DNA of 50,833 bases from Conidiobolus incongruus B7586 (Eukaryota), in NCBI GenBank assembly GCA_000697335.1, contig JNEM01006006.1, positions 1 through 50,833 on the forward strand, written 5' to 3'. Under the pieces are notes generated by a model, which was given only the letters and a program-made list of their open reading frames with translations, was not told where the DNA came from and did no database searches. The position numbers and the translations under genes were made by a program. Shown here in pieces: positions 36,919-49,383 of this stretch (position 1 is the stretch's first letter; every line of letters begins with the position of its first letter).

Positions 36919-38955
36919 TTATATTTTCCATTTGGGAATTCTATCAGCAGGAATATCAACACAGTCACTTTCATTGTCACTGCCTCCTAATCCCAGTGCA
37001 TAAGCGAAATTGAAGAATACTTCCGTGTTGTCCATGACATGACCAAATAAATGTGCACCAGGGCCATAAGCAAACACTGGAACTTGGGTCATTGAGTGGA
37101 CGCCTTGGCTTTCATTAAGAGGCAGATTACCCTGCTTGGGCAAACCATTCGCACCTTCGCCAGGAGCGGGAACATATGTGTTAAACTTATGTTTGTTATG
37201 AGGATCCGCTATAGTGGCGACACGAGCTGTTGCGTTGACTTGATAGTTTTCGAAAATATCGGGATTGTTAATTGTACCAGCAGCCAAGACAGTTCTGACA
37301 TCCCATTTATCAGGGAATCCATCACCATCTTTATCTTCATAATCAGGAAATCCTGCAAGCTCATAAGGGCCAATAGCTTGACGTTTAGCCTCGTAGCGAT
37401 CGTCCTGTGGAGCTTTGTTAAAGATTTCAGTATCGACTGATCCATATACATCGAAGCCATGGCCATGGTCAGCTGTGACAACAATTAAAGTATTGGGATC
37501 ATTTTTCTGAGCCCATTCAATAGCAGTATGAACTGCATTGTCAAGCTCAATAAGTTCAGCAAGAGCACGATGGTAGTCGAAAGTATGCATTTTTTTGTCA
37601 ATACTGGCAGCTTCAATCATGGCAAAAAATCCATTCTTAGAGCGATTTTTTAAAATTTCAAGCGTCTTCTTGGTCATATCAACTAATCCAGGTTGGTTAG
37701 TGGCAGTACCATTGTTACCAGAGGGATGATCCTTTTTCTTGAGAAGAGTATCGGCATAAACATTGCGCTCCAACCAGACATTCATGTTTCCTTGGTGGAA
37801 AATTCCTAAAAGTGGTTTATCATTGGGTGCTTTAGCTAATTCATCCTTGTCATATACAATGTGATAGCCCTTTTCCTTAGCGTAGATATCATAATAATTT
37901 TGATTGTTCAAGGATTTACCAGTGCCTGGTTGATTATGGAAATAAGCACCTCCGCCACCAAGGTAAACATCTGCGACTACTGGATTTGTGAAATTTTTAA
38001 CTCCATGGATTAGTTGATCAGTAATTTCTTTTTTATCATCACGCTTTCTCGTATGAGAGAAGACCGCGGCAGGAGTAGCATCCTGAACTTCAGCAGTCGT
38101 GGCAATACCAACCCCCAATGGACCTCCATTTTTGGCCGATCTGCGTCTGGCCAATTCAGCCAAAAGTTCAACTTTGGGATCATCAAAATGGTCTGCGGAA
38201 GTATCAGGGTAAACCCCAAGAGCGTTGGGAGTAGATTTGTGACCAGAGTTGTAAGCATGAGCAGAGTTGGCAGAATCAGTCATAATAGAGTCAACTGAGT
38301 GAGTTAGAATTTGCCCAATGTAATCCAAGTTATCTAGATGAAGCTTATTGAAATATTTACCATTGGTTTGCTTGCGGGATATTGTGCGAGCAGCAGTGAT
38401 CATATTGGCAGTCATACCATCACCAATGAAGAAGATAGCATTTTTGGCCACCGGTTTGCAAGCGGGAGCGCGGACAATCCAGTCAATAGTGTGCTCTTGA
38501 TCGCCATTGTATTTCAATTTAATCAAATATTTTCCTGGTTTATCAAAAGAAATATTTCTCCAAATTTTCGATGCAGAGTTGACTTGAGTAAGCGCAGATT
38601 TGTCACCATCTAGTGCCTTGTAATATTTTTCAGCATCTTTAGAATATGTAAAGTTCCATCTCTCAAGCTCTGGTATATTTTTAATCTTGAAAAAATCGTT
38701 GAATAATTGTGGATATCCTGGTTTGTCGTTTTCGTATTTGGAGATAGTGATAGTGAAATCACCATTGGCATTGAGATTGATTTCATCATGGATTTCTACA
38801 CGGGTATCGAAATGAGATCCAACTAAAAATTCAGCACCATCAGGTGGAAGGATACAAGGAGCTCCAGGACAGGTGGAGTGCTTGATGAATTGAATGGCTT
38901 CAGTGCCAAAGGAGAATAATAAAGTAGCAAGACCTGCAAGAGTAGAAGTCTGCAT
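36919..38955 (-). CDS. Secreted alkaline phosphatase, copy 5 (678 aa, intact, most divergent at silent sites)
   Basis: All AP motifs present. ATG at 38955 (MQTSTLAGL...) aligns with the paralogue starts; the track's upstream start is non-ATG. Confidence 0.95.
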   Translation of the reverse strand: MQTSTLAGLATLLFSFGTEAIQFIKHSTCPGAPCILPPDGAEFLVGSHFDTRVEIHDEINLNANGDFTITISKYENDKPGYPQLFNDFFKIKNIPELERWNFTYSKDAEKYYKALDGDKSALTQVNSASKIWRNISFDKPGKYLIKLKYNGDQEHTIDWIVRAPACKPVAKNAIFFIGDGMTANMITAARTISRKQTNGKYFNKLHLDNLDYIGQILTHSVDSIMTDSANSAHAYNSGHKSTPNALGVYPDTSADHFDDPKVELLAELARRRSAKNGGPLGVGIATTAEVQDATPAAVFSHTRKRDDKKEITDQLIHGVKNFTNPVVADVYLGGGGAYFHNQPGTGKSLNNQNYYDIYAKEKGYHIVYDKDELAKAPNDKPLLGIFHQGNMNVWLERNVYADTLLKKKDHPSGNNGTATNQPGLVDMTKKTLEILKNRSKNGFFAMIEAASIDKKMHTFDYHRALAELIELDNAVHTAIEWAQKNDPNTLIVVTADHGHGFDVYGSVDTEIFNKAPQDDRYEAKRQAIGPYELAGFPDYEDKDGDGFPDKWDVRTVLAAGTINNPDIFENYQVNATARVATIADPHNKHKFNTYVPAPGEGANGLPKQGNLPLNESQGVHSMTQVPVFAYGPGAHLFGHVMDNTEVFFNFAYALGLGGSDNESDCVDIPADRIPKWKI

Positions 38956-41865
38956 TATTATAATAGTATTATAATATATGAAAAATGATTGATTTATCAA
39001 TCTTTGAAAAAGTTTTAAGTGGACATCCTTTTATATCGTATTTAGTGTCGTATCCACATAGTTATAAGCATAATGTTAAAAATTGCTAACTAAACGTTTA
39101 TTTAACGGTTAGATTGATTGGATTATAAACCAATATGGAGTATGGGTTGTTGAGTGAATCAACGAGCTTTTCTTAGAGCGTTTACTTATGTAAATTTAGC
39201 ATTACACTAATTATTAAATTAAAGGTAAAACCCTTCTAAACTTGACCATAGAAGGAATTTCATTGGTTAAAGGATATTAAATTTATGATTTTATCATTTT
39301 GTGTAATTAATGCACATATCCTTAAATTATCTAAATTGATTTTAGTTTGATAATTTAACGTGATCAGTGTATAATTTTCGTTATGATATGTTTTACCAAA
39401 TTTTCAATTTTAGATAAAATTTGAGTCTATTATTAGATATTTTGAACTAAATATATTATCATTTCCTGATATATTACATTTTGATTCATTATTTGAACTG
39501 ATATTTAATTATATTTTCGTTAAGAGGTGAATATTTAGCATTCGAAAAGAATGGATTCAAATTGATTTTGACAATATCAGGATGTTTGATTATATTACAA
39601 ATTACACTATTATTAAATGATTCTTGTCTAGTGTTTACTTTTGTTATTGATACAATCATGTCACATTAGGTTATTAATTCCTCTAATTTTTATCCACATA
39701 CTTTTTTTGTCCAGTAGCAATAGCTTGTTCGGTACTCAATATAATTTCTGTTATTATGAAAAATTTTATTACTGAATGTTTACAAAAATTGTCCTTTAAT
39801 ACCGATCGATCTGGGATTATAAATGGACACTATATAACTAGTTAATAGCTATATTAGCTGTATTATACTGTAACCTCAGTGCTTATAATAATTTTTATTT
39901 AATGCTATTTAGTTTCAAAATCAAATTTTCGAATTACTTAATATAGATATATATATACCAAAGGATTTCTAGAAACCATTTATCAATAATATCAGTGTTT
40001 TCAATTAGATATTTATTAAAATATTTGGACATATTTAACTCCTTAATGCAACAATGTTAATAACTTTATCCAAAATGTTGCATGAATTTGGATTCAATTC
40101 CATAGGAAATATCTGCTCTTTAAAATTAATAGTTTGCAATTTTTCCTTGGCTATTTAATTTCATCCTTTTTTATTTGTGATATATTATGTATTAATATTC
40201 CACCTTTGAATCCACATAAGTTTATATACAACTTTGAATACTCACGGAATTATATGTTTCAAATTTTTTGTAATATATAAAATAATAATTTCAATGTTAA
40301 AATGATGACTAACTTTATTTCAGTTAATAATTCAATTTGATTTTTCGGATAATACTTTTAAGTTAATCGTTTGAAATATATCATGTTACTTCTATTGAAA
40401 ATTCTAGTATCATATTAAAAATGGAATCATTATTCTATGAATATTAACTAGCATACTCGATTAAAATAATTTTTGCATCTGAAAACAAAGAATTCGCTTG
40501 CTTTTATGTGTATAGAAAGTGAATTTATTCAACTGGGTTGATACAGATTGAAAAACAGATTAAATATGATATACAGCTATTGATATTAACTGATGGTTAT
40601 ATAAATGTGCTTATACATAAAATCTATTTCAAATTATTGGATATATTGGCCAAACATCTAAACAAATGCTATCAAACATAATATTTGAATTAATTTGTTT
40701 GATATCAGTTTTCATTGCTTATATTCAAGAAATGATTAATAGCAAACAATAGCTTACTCGTATTTAAAATATTTGGATCATAAATATTGGAAATAAACTA
40801 TTTAATATTTTCTATTATTATAAACTGATTATGTTATTGAACTTTCATTTGAAATTTATTTGTTTGTGATATATGGCCTTGATTTTCAAAATGTGAATAT
40901 ACATTTAAAATTTATCTTAAATTTGTTTCTCATATTCAACGATATAAAACCAATATCATGTATGTTGCGTATAATGTGTCAAAATCAATTTAAAGCAATA
41001 CAATAAAATTATCTTCCAAATACATTAAACCAATTGAATCGGGAAAAATGAATAACTGCTGTCTCTCTCAAAAGATTTCCCATTTTCTACGTTTTTTATC
41101 TGAAAATAAATGATCGAAAATACTGTGAATGTTGTTTGCGATTTCAATTAAGATTATATCATATCACTTACTCTAATAATTTATATTATTTAATACTTAA
41201 TTCAACTTTACACTGATTTTATCAAGGATTGTCTACGGTATTATGATATAACCACCCCTTTTTATATTTACATTTTGTTTCCAATAAATTTCATTTTACA
41301 AAATGAGAAAAAATTACTGATAAAGGTAAATATTAAAAGAATCACTCATTAATTAAATTATAAAATTCCAAACAAAAAATGATACTTTCATTGGAAATTT
41401 CACTTAATCAATAAATAATGATAATATAGGGATATTTTAAAATATTTGATTATTTTTTCGTTTGAAAATCATGACACGAATTTAAATAAATTTATTGTTC
41501 TTTAAAAAAAATTATCCAAACTAGTATCAAAATCAAGATTGAAATTTTGGCTAAATTATTATTATTATTATTATTATATCTCAACTTTACCACTATTAAT
41601 TGATTGATAGTATAAATTGTCTATTTAATTAATAGATATCGAATATACTTTATCCTTATATTATTTCAATTTTTTAATTTTCCCCTAATCTTTAAAAAAG
41701 TGGTCACACAAACACAAACTAATTCCACATCATCAAAAAGCAATGCCACATTATTTAAATTCTCAACTTTTTCAATCAAATCCCATAAATAGAGTATTAG
41801 AATTAAAAAAACTCCGACGCTGAAGAGCGCAATTAATTGTTTAAGCTTAATTCAAATTTAAGGAA

Positions 41866-42913
41866 ATGGTTAAAATAATAGAAAAACATAGAAAAGTTCA
41901 AAGGAAGATAAAACCAAAAAATTCTAACAAAATTAATAAAGTGCCTAAAGATTTACAAAAGAAGTTAATTCCTAAAAAGAGCAAACAATTGGAGGATAAT
42001 GAAGAAGATAATAATGAAGGTAATTTGTATAAAAGCATATATATTGTTTAGTTAATTAATATTCGATATAGAAAACCCTTTTAGTCTCGTTACAACATTT
42101 CGAACTATTACTCAAAATAGGAACCAACCTTGGATAAGTTTAAACCCCAATTTAAAACAATTTATTATTAGTGGTATTAAAGAAGCCACTTAGTAATTAT
42201 CATATACAAATTATTAATACAATTATTAATTATGATATTAGTAATACTTTAAATACTATCGACAATAAGAAAGAACATGGAATCGTTTCTAATCATCTGA
42301 ATATGTTAAATACTCAGTAAACATTTCTATTTCTATTTTATATTTATATATATTGTATTATTAATACCTTAATTAGATTATATTTACAATTAAATCAATT
42401 GACTATACCTAAACTATTGGACGACCAGTTCAACAGCAGCAGATTGAATTCTAGTCACACTGTAATGATTCATTTACCATCTTGTCAAAATTTATGCTCA
42501 TTAACATTATATAATAGACTTATTTAGAACGTCAACTCAACGACAAACTCTCAGAACGTATGCATCTTCAAAAACTAATCAAAGAAGAGACCCTAAAGTT
42601 GAAAGAATTGGAGGATGACTGCAAACGTTTTGAAAAGAAGCGGGATCAAAGCAACAGATTTCATATGGTCAATTTTAGGACCAAGTTGAATCCTTTGATT
42701 TTGGATAATTTGCCCCCCATCCTAAAGGAAGATAATGTAAATAGTAATACATTGTCGGTAAGGGATTATGACTTGAGTCAAGGTGATGAAATGATTATGA
42801 ATTCTACTTTAACAAAAATTTCGGAGCATTTGGAAAAATTGAGATTGAACACTGATGATATCGATTCTGTTGTGAATTGGGTAGAATTTCAGAATAATCG
42901 AATGGAACCATAG
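41866..42913 (+). CDS. Coiled-coil protein, possibly kinetochore CENP-Q/Okp1/Fta7-like; 5 exons
   Basis: Exons join in frame through four GT-AG introns. Basic disordered N-terminus, PWISL, HLNMLNTQLYLQLNQLTIP, then LERQL...EETLKLKELE coiled coil and LNPL. The gene is well supported; the family call is tentative. Confidence 0.5.
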
Positions 42914-43162
42914 TTATTGTTTGCTATATTATTATTATTAGCTCTTGTTTGTATTATTCAAAATAAAATAAAATTGTAAATTTTATTTTATTATAATATT
43001 TTATCGATTCAAATTTATTAATTGAAAGAAAAATTAAATAAGAATAGTATTTCAAAATATCCCATAATAATTTGAAAAGTATTATAAATTATTAAATTAC
43101 CTGAATTATTAGAGATTATTGAAACAAAATTAATTTTAAATAATCATTCGAATAATTTAAAA

Positions 43163-45231
43163 ATGGGAAAATGGACAGGTATTAATAATTAATAATCATT
43201 GAAAATTAACTTAAAATTCATCAATTTCTAGATAAATTATATATCACCCATTCCGAATGGTCCCAGGATTTCGGAGGAGCCAAAAAAGAGATTGTAAAAT
43301 TCACCAAATTACCGTTTTTCTGCTGCGCTTTAAGCTTACAACCTTTTGAAAATCCTGTATGTACTGAAGATGGTACTATATTTGATATTGAGTAAATTCT
43401 ATATTTTTATTATCATGCTTATAAAATTAATAATTAATTAGGAATATTATCCCTTGGATTCAGGAATATGGTACCAATCCCATTACCAATGAAAAATTGG
43501 CTGTTAAAGATTTAATAAAATTGAAATTTCATAAAAATACTGAAGGTATTTTTTTATTTATTAAAATATATTTATCATAATACTTAATTAATTGACTAGG
43601 TAAATATTGTTGCCCTGTCACCTATAAAATCTTTACGGAACATACGCATATCGCTGCTCTAAAGCCAACGGGAAATGTATTTTGTTATGATGTGATTGAA
43701 GAACTGAACGTAAAGGCCAAGATGTTTAGAGATTTGGTGGATGACACTCCATTCGTTAAGAAGGATATCATCCATTTGCAAGATCCTCAGAATGTAGAAA
43801 AGAGCAATCCAAATAATTTTTATCACATTAGAAACCAGTTAAAAGTTAAGAAGAAGGACGAGGATGAAATAAAGGTGAATAGTACGATGAAGCGTGTCAT
43901 GGATGAAATGAATATTAAACAGGTAATTATTAAAAATATTTCGAATTATATAAAATTTAATTAATTATTTTTAGCAAAAAGAATCTAAAGATGAAAAATC
44001 AGATGAAAAAGTAATTATTTTATCCATTGAATAATTCTACAAATATTAACCATAATTCAATACAGCCATCTATTACAAAATCTGTCACCAAAAAAGAAAC
44101 CGACTCAACTACCAAAGTACCAGTGAAAAAAGATAGTGCAACACCTTACAACACCTCCATCTATTCCACTGGTAAATTGGCAGCTTCTTTTACATCAACG
44201 TCTATTGCACCTGTAACAAAGAACGAAATGCAACTTGTCGACGAGACTGAGCTCATGTTTGAAAGAGTAAAGGGTACAGGATTAGCGATTGTTCAGACTA
44301 ATTTGGGAGACATTCAACTGGAGTTGTATTGTCAACAAGTAATTCTATATTTTTATTGATGTTTGGTAATTACTAATTTGTGATTAGGTACCCAGAACTT
44401 GCTACAATTTTATTATGTTAAGTAAATCTGGTTACTACAACGGTGTTAGTTTTCATCGTAGCATTCGAAACTTTATGGTATTTTCGACTATTCATTCAAT
44501 AAGATTTAATTGATTAATATGATGGTAATTAGATTCAAGGAGGCGATCCCACAGGAACTGGAAGGGGAGGCGAATCCTACTTTAAAAAAGACTTTCAAGA
44601 TGAAATTAAAACCAATTTGAGTCATAACGATCGCGGTATTTTGAGTATGGCAAATAGAGGAAAAGATACTAACTCTTCTCAATTGTAATTTTATAATACT
44701 TTTTTATTTATTCTAATCACTAATATCCTTTATAGCTTTATTACATATCGACCATGCACTCATCTTGATGGTAAACATTCCATCTTCGGTAAAATAACTG
44801 GTGGAATTGAAGTTCTGGACAAGATGGAAGTTGTTCCAACCGATGATCAAGATCGTCCGGTCAAAGATATCAAAATCAGGGAGATTATGGTTTTGATCGA
44901 TCCTTTCGACGAATACTCTAGTCGTCTCAAACGTAAGTTAGGCTATTTGGAAGAAGAGCGTAAGGCTAAGGCAATGGGGCTGTCATTAGAGAAGAAAGAG
45001 GTAAATTTCATGAGTTTAGTTGATTTTTGGTGTATTAATATATGTTAGGATACTACTACATGGTTGGGAACCAAAGTAAATACTTCCAGCAATACTGCAT
45101 CTTCAATTGGTAAATATATGGCCAAAACTACTACTGGATCTTCAGCTAACAGTATGGATCAATTGGCATCTACTCCATCCAAAAAAGAACGTAAAAAGAA
45201 TAGCAAATTCGACAAATTAAGTCAATGGTAG
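43163..45231 (+). CDS. PPIL2: U-box/RING + cyclophilin protein (PPIL2/Cyp60), multi-exon
   Basis: [123 protein letters not shown]. Confidence 0.95.
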
Positions 45232-45330
45232 TTTTGTTTGTTATGAAATATCTATGCTTATCATTGCAATAATGTCATTTTATTATCAAATATAATACGT
45301 AATATATAAATAAACTCTAATTTAACAGAA

Positions 45331-46496
45331 TTAATGATCGTCTCTTGTATCTCCAGGACAGTTTTCATTTAAATCTTGAGCATTGGAATAGCCATCACCG
45401 CACCATAAACAATAAAAGTATTTAGATCTTAAATAATGGGTGATTTCTTGTAAATCTTGTGTGACCTATTTTTGCTGTTAGTTAAATATATGTTTATTTG
45501 TGATATATTGGTATTAGATATTACCTTTTCAAGATTAGGTTTATTTTTCTCATCTTCACTATCCGAATCGTCGGATTTGTCTTTAGCTAATTTCTTTTCT
45601 TTCTCTTTTTCGACATCACTCAACTTTGAGAATTGCAACCAAAGTGGATTATCTTCAATACCCTAAACAAAAATTAATATATTATCACAATATTATCTAT
45701 TATTAAATTACATTCTGTCTATCCAGCTGCTCACAAACCGTTCTACTCTTATACAAGTCAGAATTCCTCTGTCCCAATAGAAACTTCTCCCTAGAGTTGG
45801 ATAAAAATTGGGTTTGGGAAATCTTTTCAAGAGTTTTCCTTTTACGTTGTTTAATGACGGTTTGCTCCTGAACCTCGGTTTCAAAACCTAAACCTTTGTT
45901 ACCTAATAGAATTGTTAGATTCGTTCCTAAAAATTTTGTTTTGATTTACCTGAAGGTAAATTGATTTTGATGGGTTCTTGTATGCCTTCTTTTTTAGCGC
46001 CTAAACCTTCTCCGGGTCTAAAAAATTTGATTAATAAATAAAGTTGATAAAAAATAAAAATCACCTACTTGTAGCCCATCTTAGCTAACAAACTAAAACC
46101 CTTGTTATTACTATCGATAGGCTTACTGAGAGTTTTCTGTAATTGTTCCTTCTCCCGAACCGCAAGCGGTGCAATGTACCCCCTCTGCTTCTGGTCTCTC
46201 ACAGTTTTCACTCGTTTTTGTGAATATGACAAACTCGGCTTCTCCACCTTCTTCTCCAACTGTTCTAAATCCATATTTAAATAATCGTCTTCCTCTTCAG
46301 AGTAGTTTTGGGGCGGACGTTTCGTTGTTTGAGTTTCGAATTTTGTTAAATCCATACTGAGGTAGTCATCTTCATCATCGTCTTCAAAGCGATTAAATTC
46401 TGGTTTGGGGCCTTTCGATTCGAATTGGGTTAAGTCCATATTGAGGTAATCATCCTCCTCGTCACTTGGAACTTGTTGTAACTTTGATTTTGACAT
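45331..46496 (-). CDS. G-patch domain protein (GPATCH11/Cmg1-like, C-terminal DUF4187-like), multi-exon
   Basis: N-terminal EDDYLxMD, G-patch SNNKGFSLLAKMGY..GEGLG...EPI...KGLG, C-terminal YFYCLWCGDGYSNAQDLNENCPGDTRDDH*. Confidence 0.9.
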
Positions 46497-46875
46497 TATT
46501 GTGATTTATGAATTAATTAAATTATTAAAATTATATAAGAATTTTATTATTTATAATTTTTTTTTGTTTTGATTGAAATAAAAATAAGAAGTAATTTTTA
46601 AATTCGAAAGGATTTTTAATCATAAAATTGAAGATAAATAATTTCTTAATTAGGAAATTGAATATCAAATGAAAAATTGAAAATTATAAGATCGAAATAT
46701 AGAAAAAATGTTTTTGAGTAAGGATATATATATTAAAAATTTGAATGAATAAATAAGTGATATAAGTGCAAATTAAACTGAAAAATTTATAGCCTGAGAG
46801 GGAAAAAATTGTTTTAAAAATTTGATAAATATTTTTGCGAAACCGTATTAATTTCTGTTGTATTAAAATACAATT

Positions 46876-47350
46876 TGTCGCGGCTATTAGTTCTTTGAGC
46901 GTCATTGAGGACACTGACACAGCCATTGTGTAGGCCAGATTGTGAAGCATGGTGCCTACAAACTGAGGTAGGCTACCGATGATCAGTTCCCTAGCCATCC
47001 GACCATGATTACTGTTAAATGGGGCGTTGGAGAGGGCGACTAAATCAGCATCAGAAGTGGCAGTGTGAGAATCTGACACGCTAAGAAGGCAAAGTCACAG
47101 AATATCAATAGGAATGGATGTAGAACGGATAATGGAATATGTCTCAAGTGATGCTATAGGTGGCTCCTTGAGTATGCTTGGAAGCGGGCTTTGGGTAGGA
47201 AAATAAGGTTTATTAGTAAAGTAGAACAGAGAAAGTCCTACTTGAATTAAGTGGGAAGTATTGGCATAAGTAAACAATCACGGATCAATAACATGGTTGT
47301 AAGACATGTATATAATGAGATATTAAGGGGTTAGAATCTTATTCACAACA
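46876..47350. mobile_element. 475-bp GC-enriched island: candidate solo LTR upstream of tRNA-Thr (alternative: ncRNA)
   Basis: Starts TGTCGCG and ends CACAACA (TG...CA, imperfect inverted termini). Flanks AATT/AGTT. Minus strand has TATATA, a pyrimidine tract and AATAAA in order. No convincing ORF. Confidence 0.45.
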
Positions 47351-47455
47351 AGTTAAGATTATATATATGGCTTAATTGGGATAATGGGTAATTTGGTAGT
47401 GATTGTTGAGTGAGACAAGGTATCAATTAGATAACAATTGTGACCAAATTCAACA

Positions 47456-47528
47456 GCCTTCTTGGCTCAGTTGGCAGAGCGTCCGCCTAGTAAGCGGAAG
47501 GTCACCAGTTCGATTCTGGTAGAAGGCA
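47456..47528 (+). tRNA. tRNA-Thr (anticodon AGT), intronless
   Basis: GCCTTCT/AGAAGGC acceptor stem, TGGCTCAGTTGG A-box, CCGC-CTAGTAA-GCGG anticodon arm, GTTCGATTC B-box. Confidence 0.96.
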
Positions 47529-47529
47529 A

Positions 47530-47537
47530 TTTTTTTT
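47530..47537 (+). terminator. Pol III oligo-T terminator of tRNA-Thr
   Basis: T-run immediately after the discriminator base. Confidence 0.75.
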
Positions 47538-47560
47538 CTTTATCATATTAATATTTTGTT

Positions 47561-48921
47561 TTATTCAATTTTGGTTGAAAAATACAAATAAGTTTTTTGT
47601 ACTGATTCTATTGGAATATTGAAAATTGGATGAGTAGGAATCTAAAACTAGAGTCAATAATCTGAATAAATGAACATCGATATCGAATTTTGACTTACTA
47701 AAATTTGGTCAGGTTCATCCTTCAATTTCAAAGTTTCTTCAGTAGGTTCCACCTTGTAAAACAACCAACTGGGGATACCTTGCGTATGTTGGACTCTGGA
47801 ATCGATGGTGTAACGATATTGAGAGATTGATAATCCTGATAAAACATAGCAGGTATGGTAATGATCCACAGATTTGCCTGGTTTATCCCTACATCCACCA
47901 TATGGACTTTGACATGCTTTGAGAATGTATTTTTGTAACATTTTGCGATTCATAATATCTTGACTGAGATGGAGTAGAGGGAAGACGCCTCCTACCCAGA
48001 AGCAGTAACAGCCATCTACAAGCTTGTTGCAACGACCTTGGTAACCTCCTTCCAGTTCCATTTGTCTATGAGCTGTCCACTTTGCTAAGTGGTCCATATC
48101 AAGCAAATGCGAGTCACCAAGTAAGCGTATGGCTGCTAAACCACAAAAAACATAGCCACCATGAGCTTCAACACCAGGATAGCAACCAAGACCTCCATCG
48201 AATGTTTGACATCTTGCGATGAACTCGCTAGCATTCCTATATAGTGATTCTGTCGAATAGGTTTTACCATTCTCACTAAATTGCAATTTATCGCAATTCA
48301 ATATTTTGAGCACTGAAATTGCACAGTAGAGACCTCGAATATCGATTTCACCACCTACGGACAGTTGGAAACTACCATCGTCCTGCTTGAGTTCCGACAT
48401 CCACATCATTAATTTTTTCCTATCGATGACGTCGTAAGCTTCGACGAGATTGAGACTACAGAGACAATGTACTGCTGCATACGTGGATGCTAAATGCGAC
48501 GTTTGTCCAGGACCTCCGCCGAAACCACCGTCGGGATTTCGACACTTACGAAGGGTTTCAATAGCTCTTTGTTTGAGCTTGATGTCGATGGGATGTCGGA
48601 GTAAGTTCAAACTGTGGATCATCCAATATGCCAGCCATGGTCGACTTGCGTCCAAGCATTCATAATGTGATGATAACTTTTCTAAACCCTTAGTTAAGTA
48701 CTCAATATGTTGCTCCCGTTTCAATCTGGGGATAAAACTGGGACGACCTTTGTATTGACGATAGATTGTACAAAGCACGTCATCCTAAATTGATAGTCAA
48801 TTAATAGAATATATTAATTTGATAAAATATATACTTGTTGTTCAGAAGTTCTAGTTGGAATTCCATCATCTTGTACTTTCCATTCTATTGGTCTGTCATC
48901 ATCAAATTTTTCTTTAAACAT
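47561..48921 (-). CDS. RAM1: Protein farnesyltransferase beta subunit, 3 exons
   Basis: LDASRPWLAYW, GGFGGGPGQTSHLASTYAAV, GGEIDIRG, EAHGGY, GRCNKLVDGCYCFW, DKPGKSVDHYHTCYVLSGLS. Extra exons give MFKEKF...DDGIPTRTSEQQ and IPTHPIFNIP...KIE*. Confidence 0.96.
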
Positions 48922-49383
48922 TGTTACTATTTTCTATTTTGAACAATTTCTGATTGTTACTTGGTCAATCCAAAATTTATAGATTGAGAATTGATCAATT
49001 TAAATTTGGGATAAGGATGATTAAACTTAGATTTTAATTTAATTCATAATAAAGTTCGGTATTATTTATTATATTTTATTGTATGACACTTTTTACATTT
49101 AAATTTCTTCACATTATTAGATTATATATAGATTCATCAATCAATAAATATATCATATATTTTAGATGAATTACTCCTTGATCATTTTAAAAAACATTTT
49201 AATTGTTGAATATAAATATCCCATAATTTAATTGATTCACTTTCAAACTTGGCTATGATTTAATTTTATCCATCATTCAAACAGATTAGAGTGAGATTTC
49301 AAAAACTGTGATCTTATCAGTTAATCAATTGTAAAACTCATTTTTTGTTTTTTTATATTCTATATCAATAATAAATACATAAA

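Noticed and set aside
18212..38613. Many short overlapping or antisense ORFs within the phosphatase genes
   Set aside because: Shadow frames caused by codon bias; they recur only because the host genes are paralogous.
47224..47240. ACAGAGA (U6-like) and GAAAGTCC (RNase MRP CR-I-like)
   Set aside because: No U6 AGC triad/ISL context and no CR-V partner able to form the P4 helix.
46684..47277. Minus-strand ORFs of 131 and 60 aa
   Set aside because: Non-ATG starts and no motifs; the longer one runs into AT-rich low-complexity sequence.
6818..48921. Functional clustering of a CaaX substrate (G-gamma) with farnesyltransferase beta
   Set aside because: About 40 kb apart with unrelated genes between; most likely coincidence.
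49310..49331. U2-like string (tcttatcagttaat)
   Set aside because: Lacks the GTAGTA branch-pairing region and the U2 5' stem.
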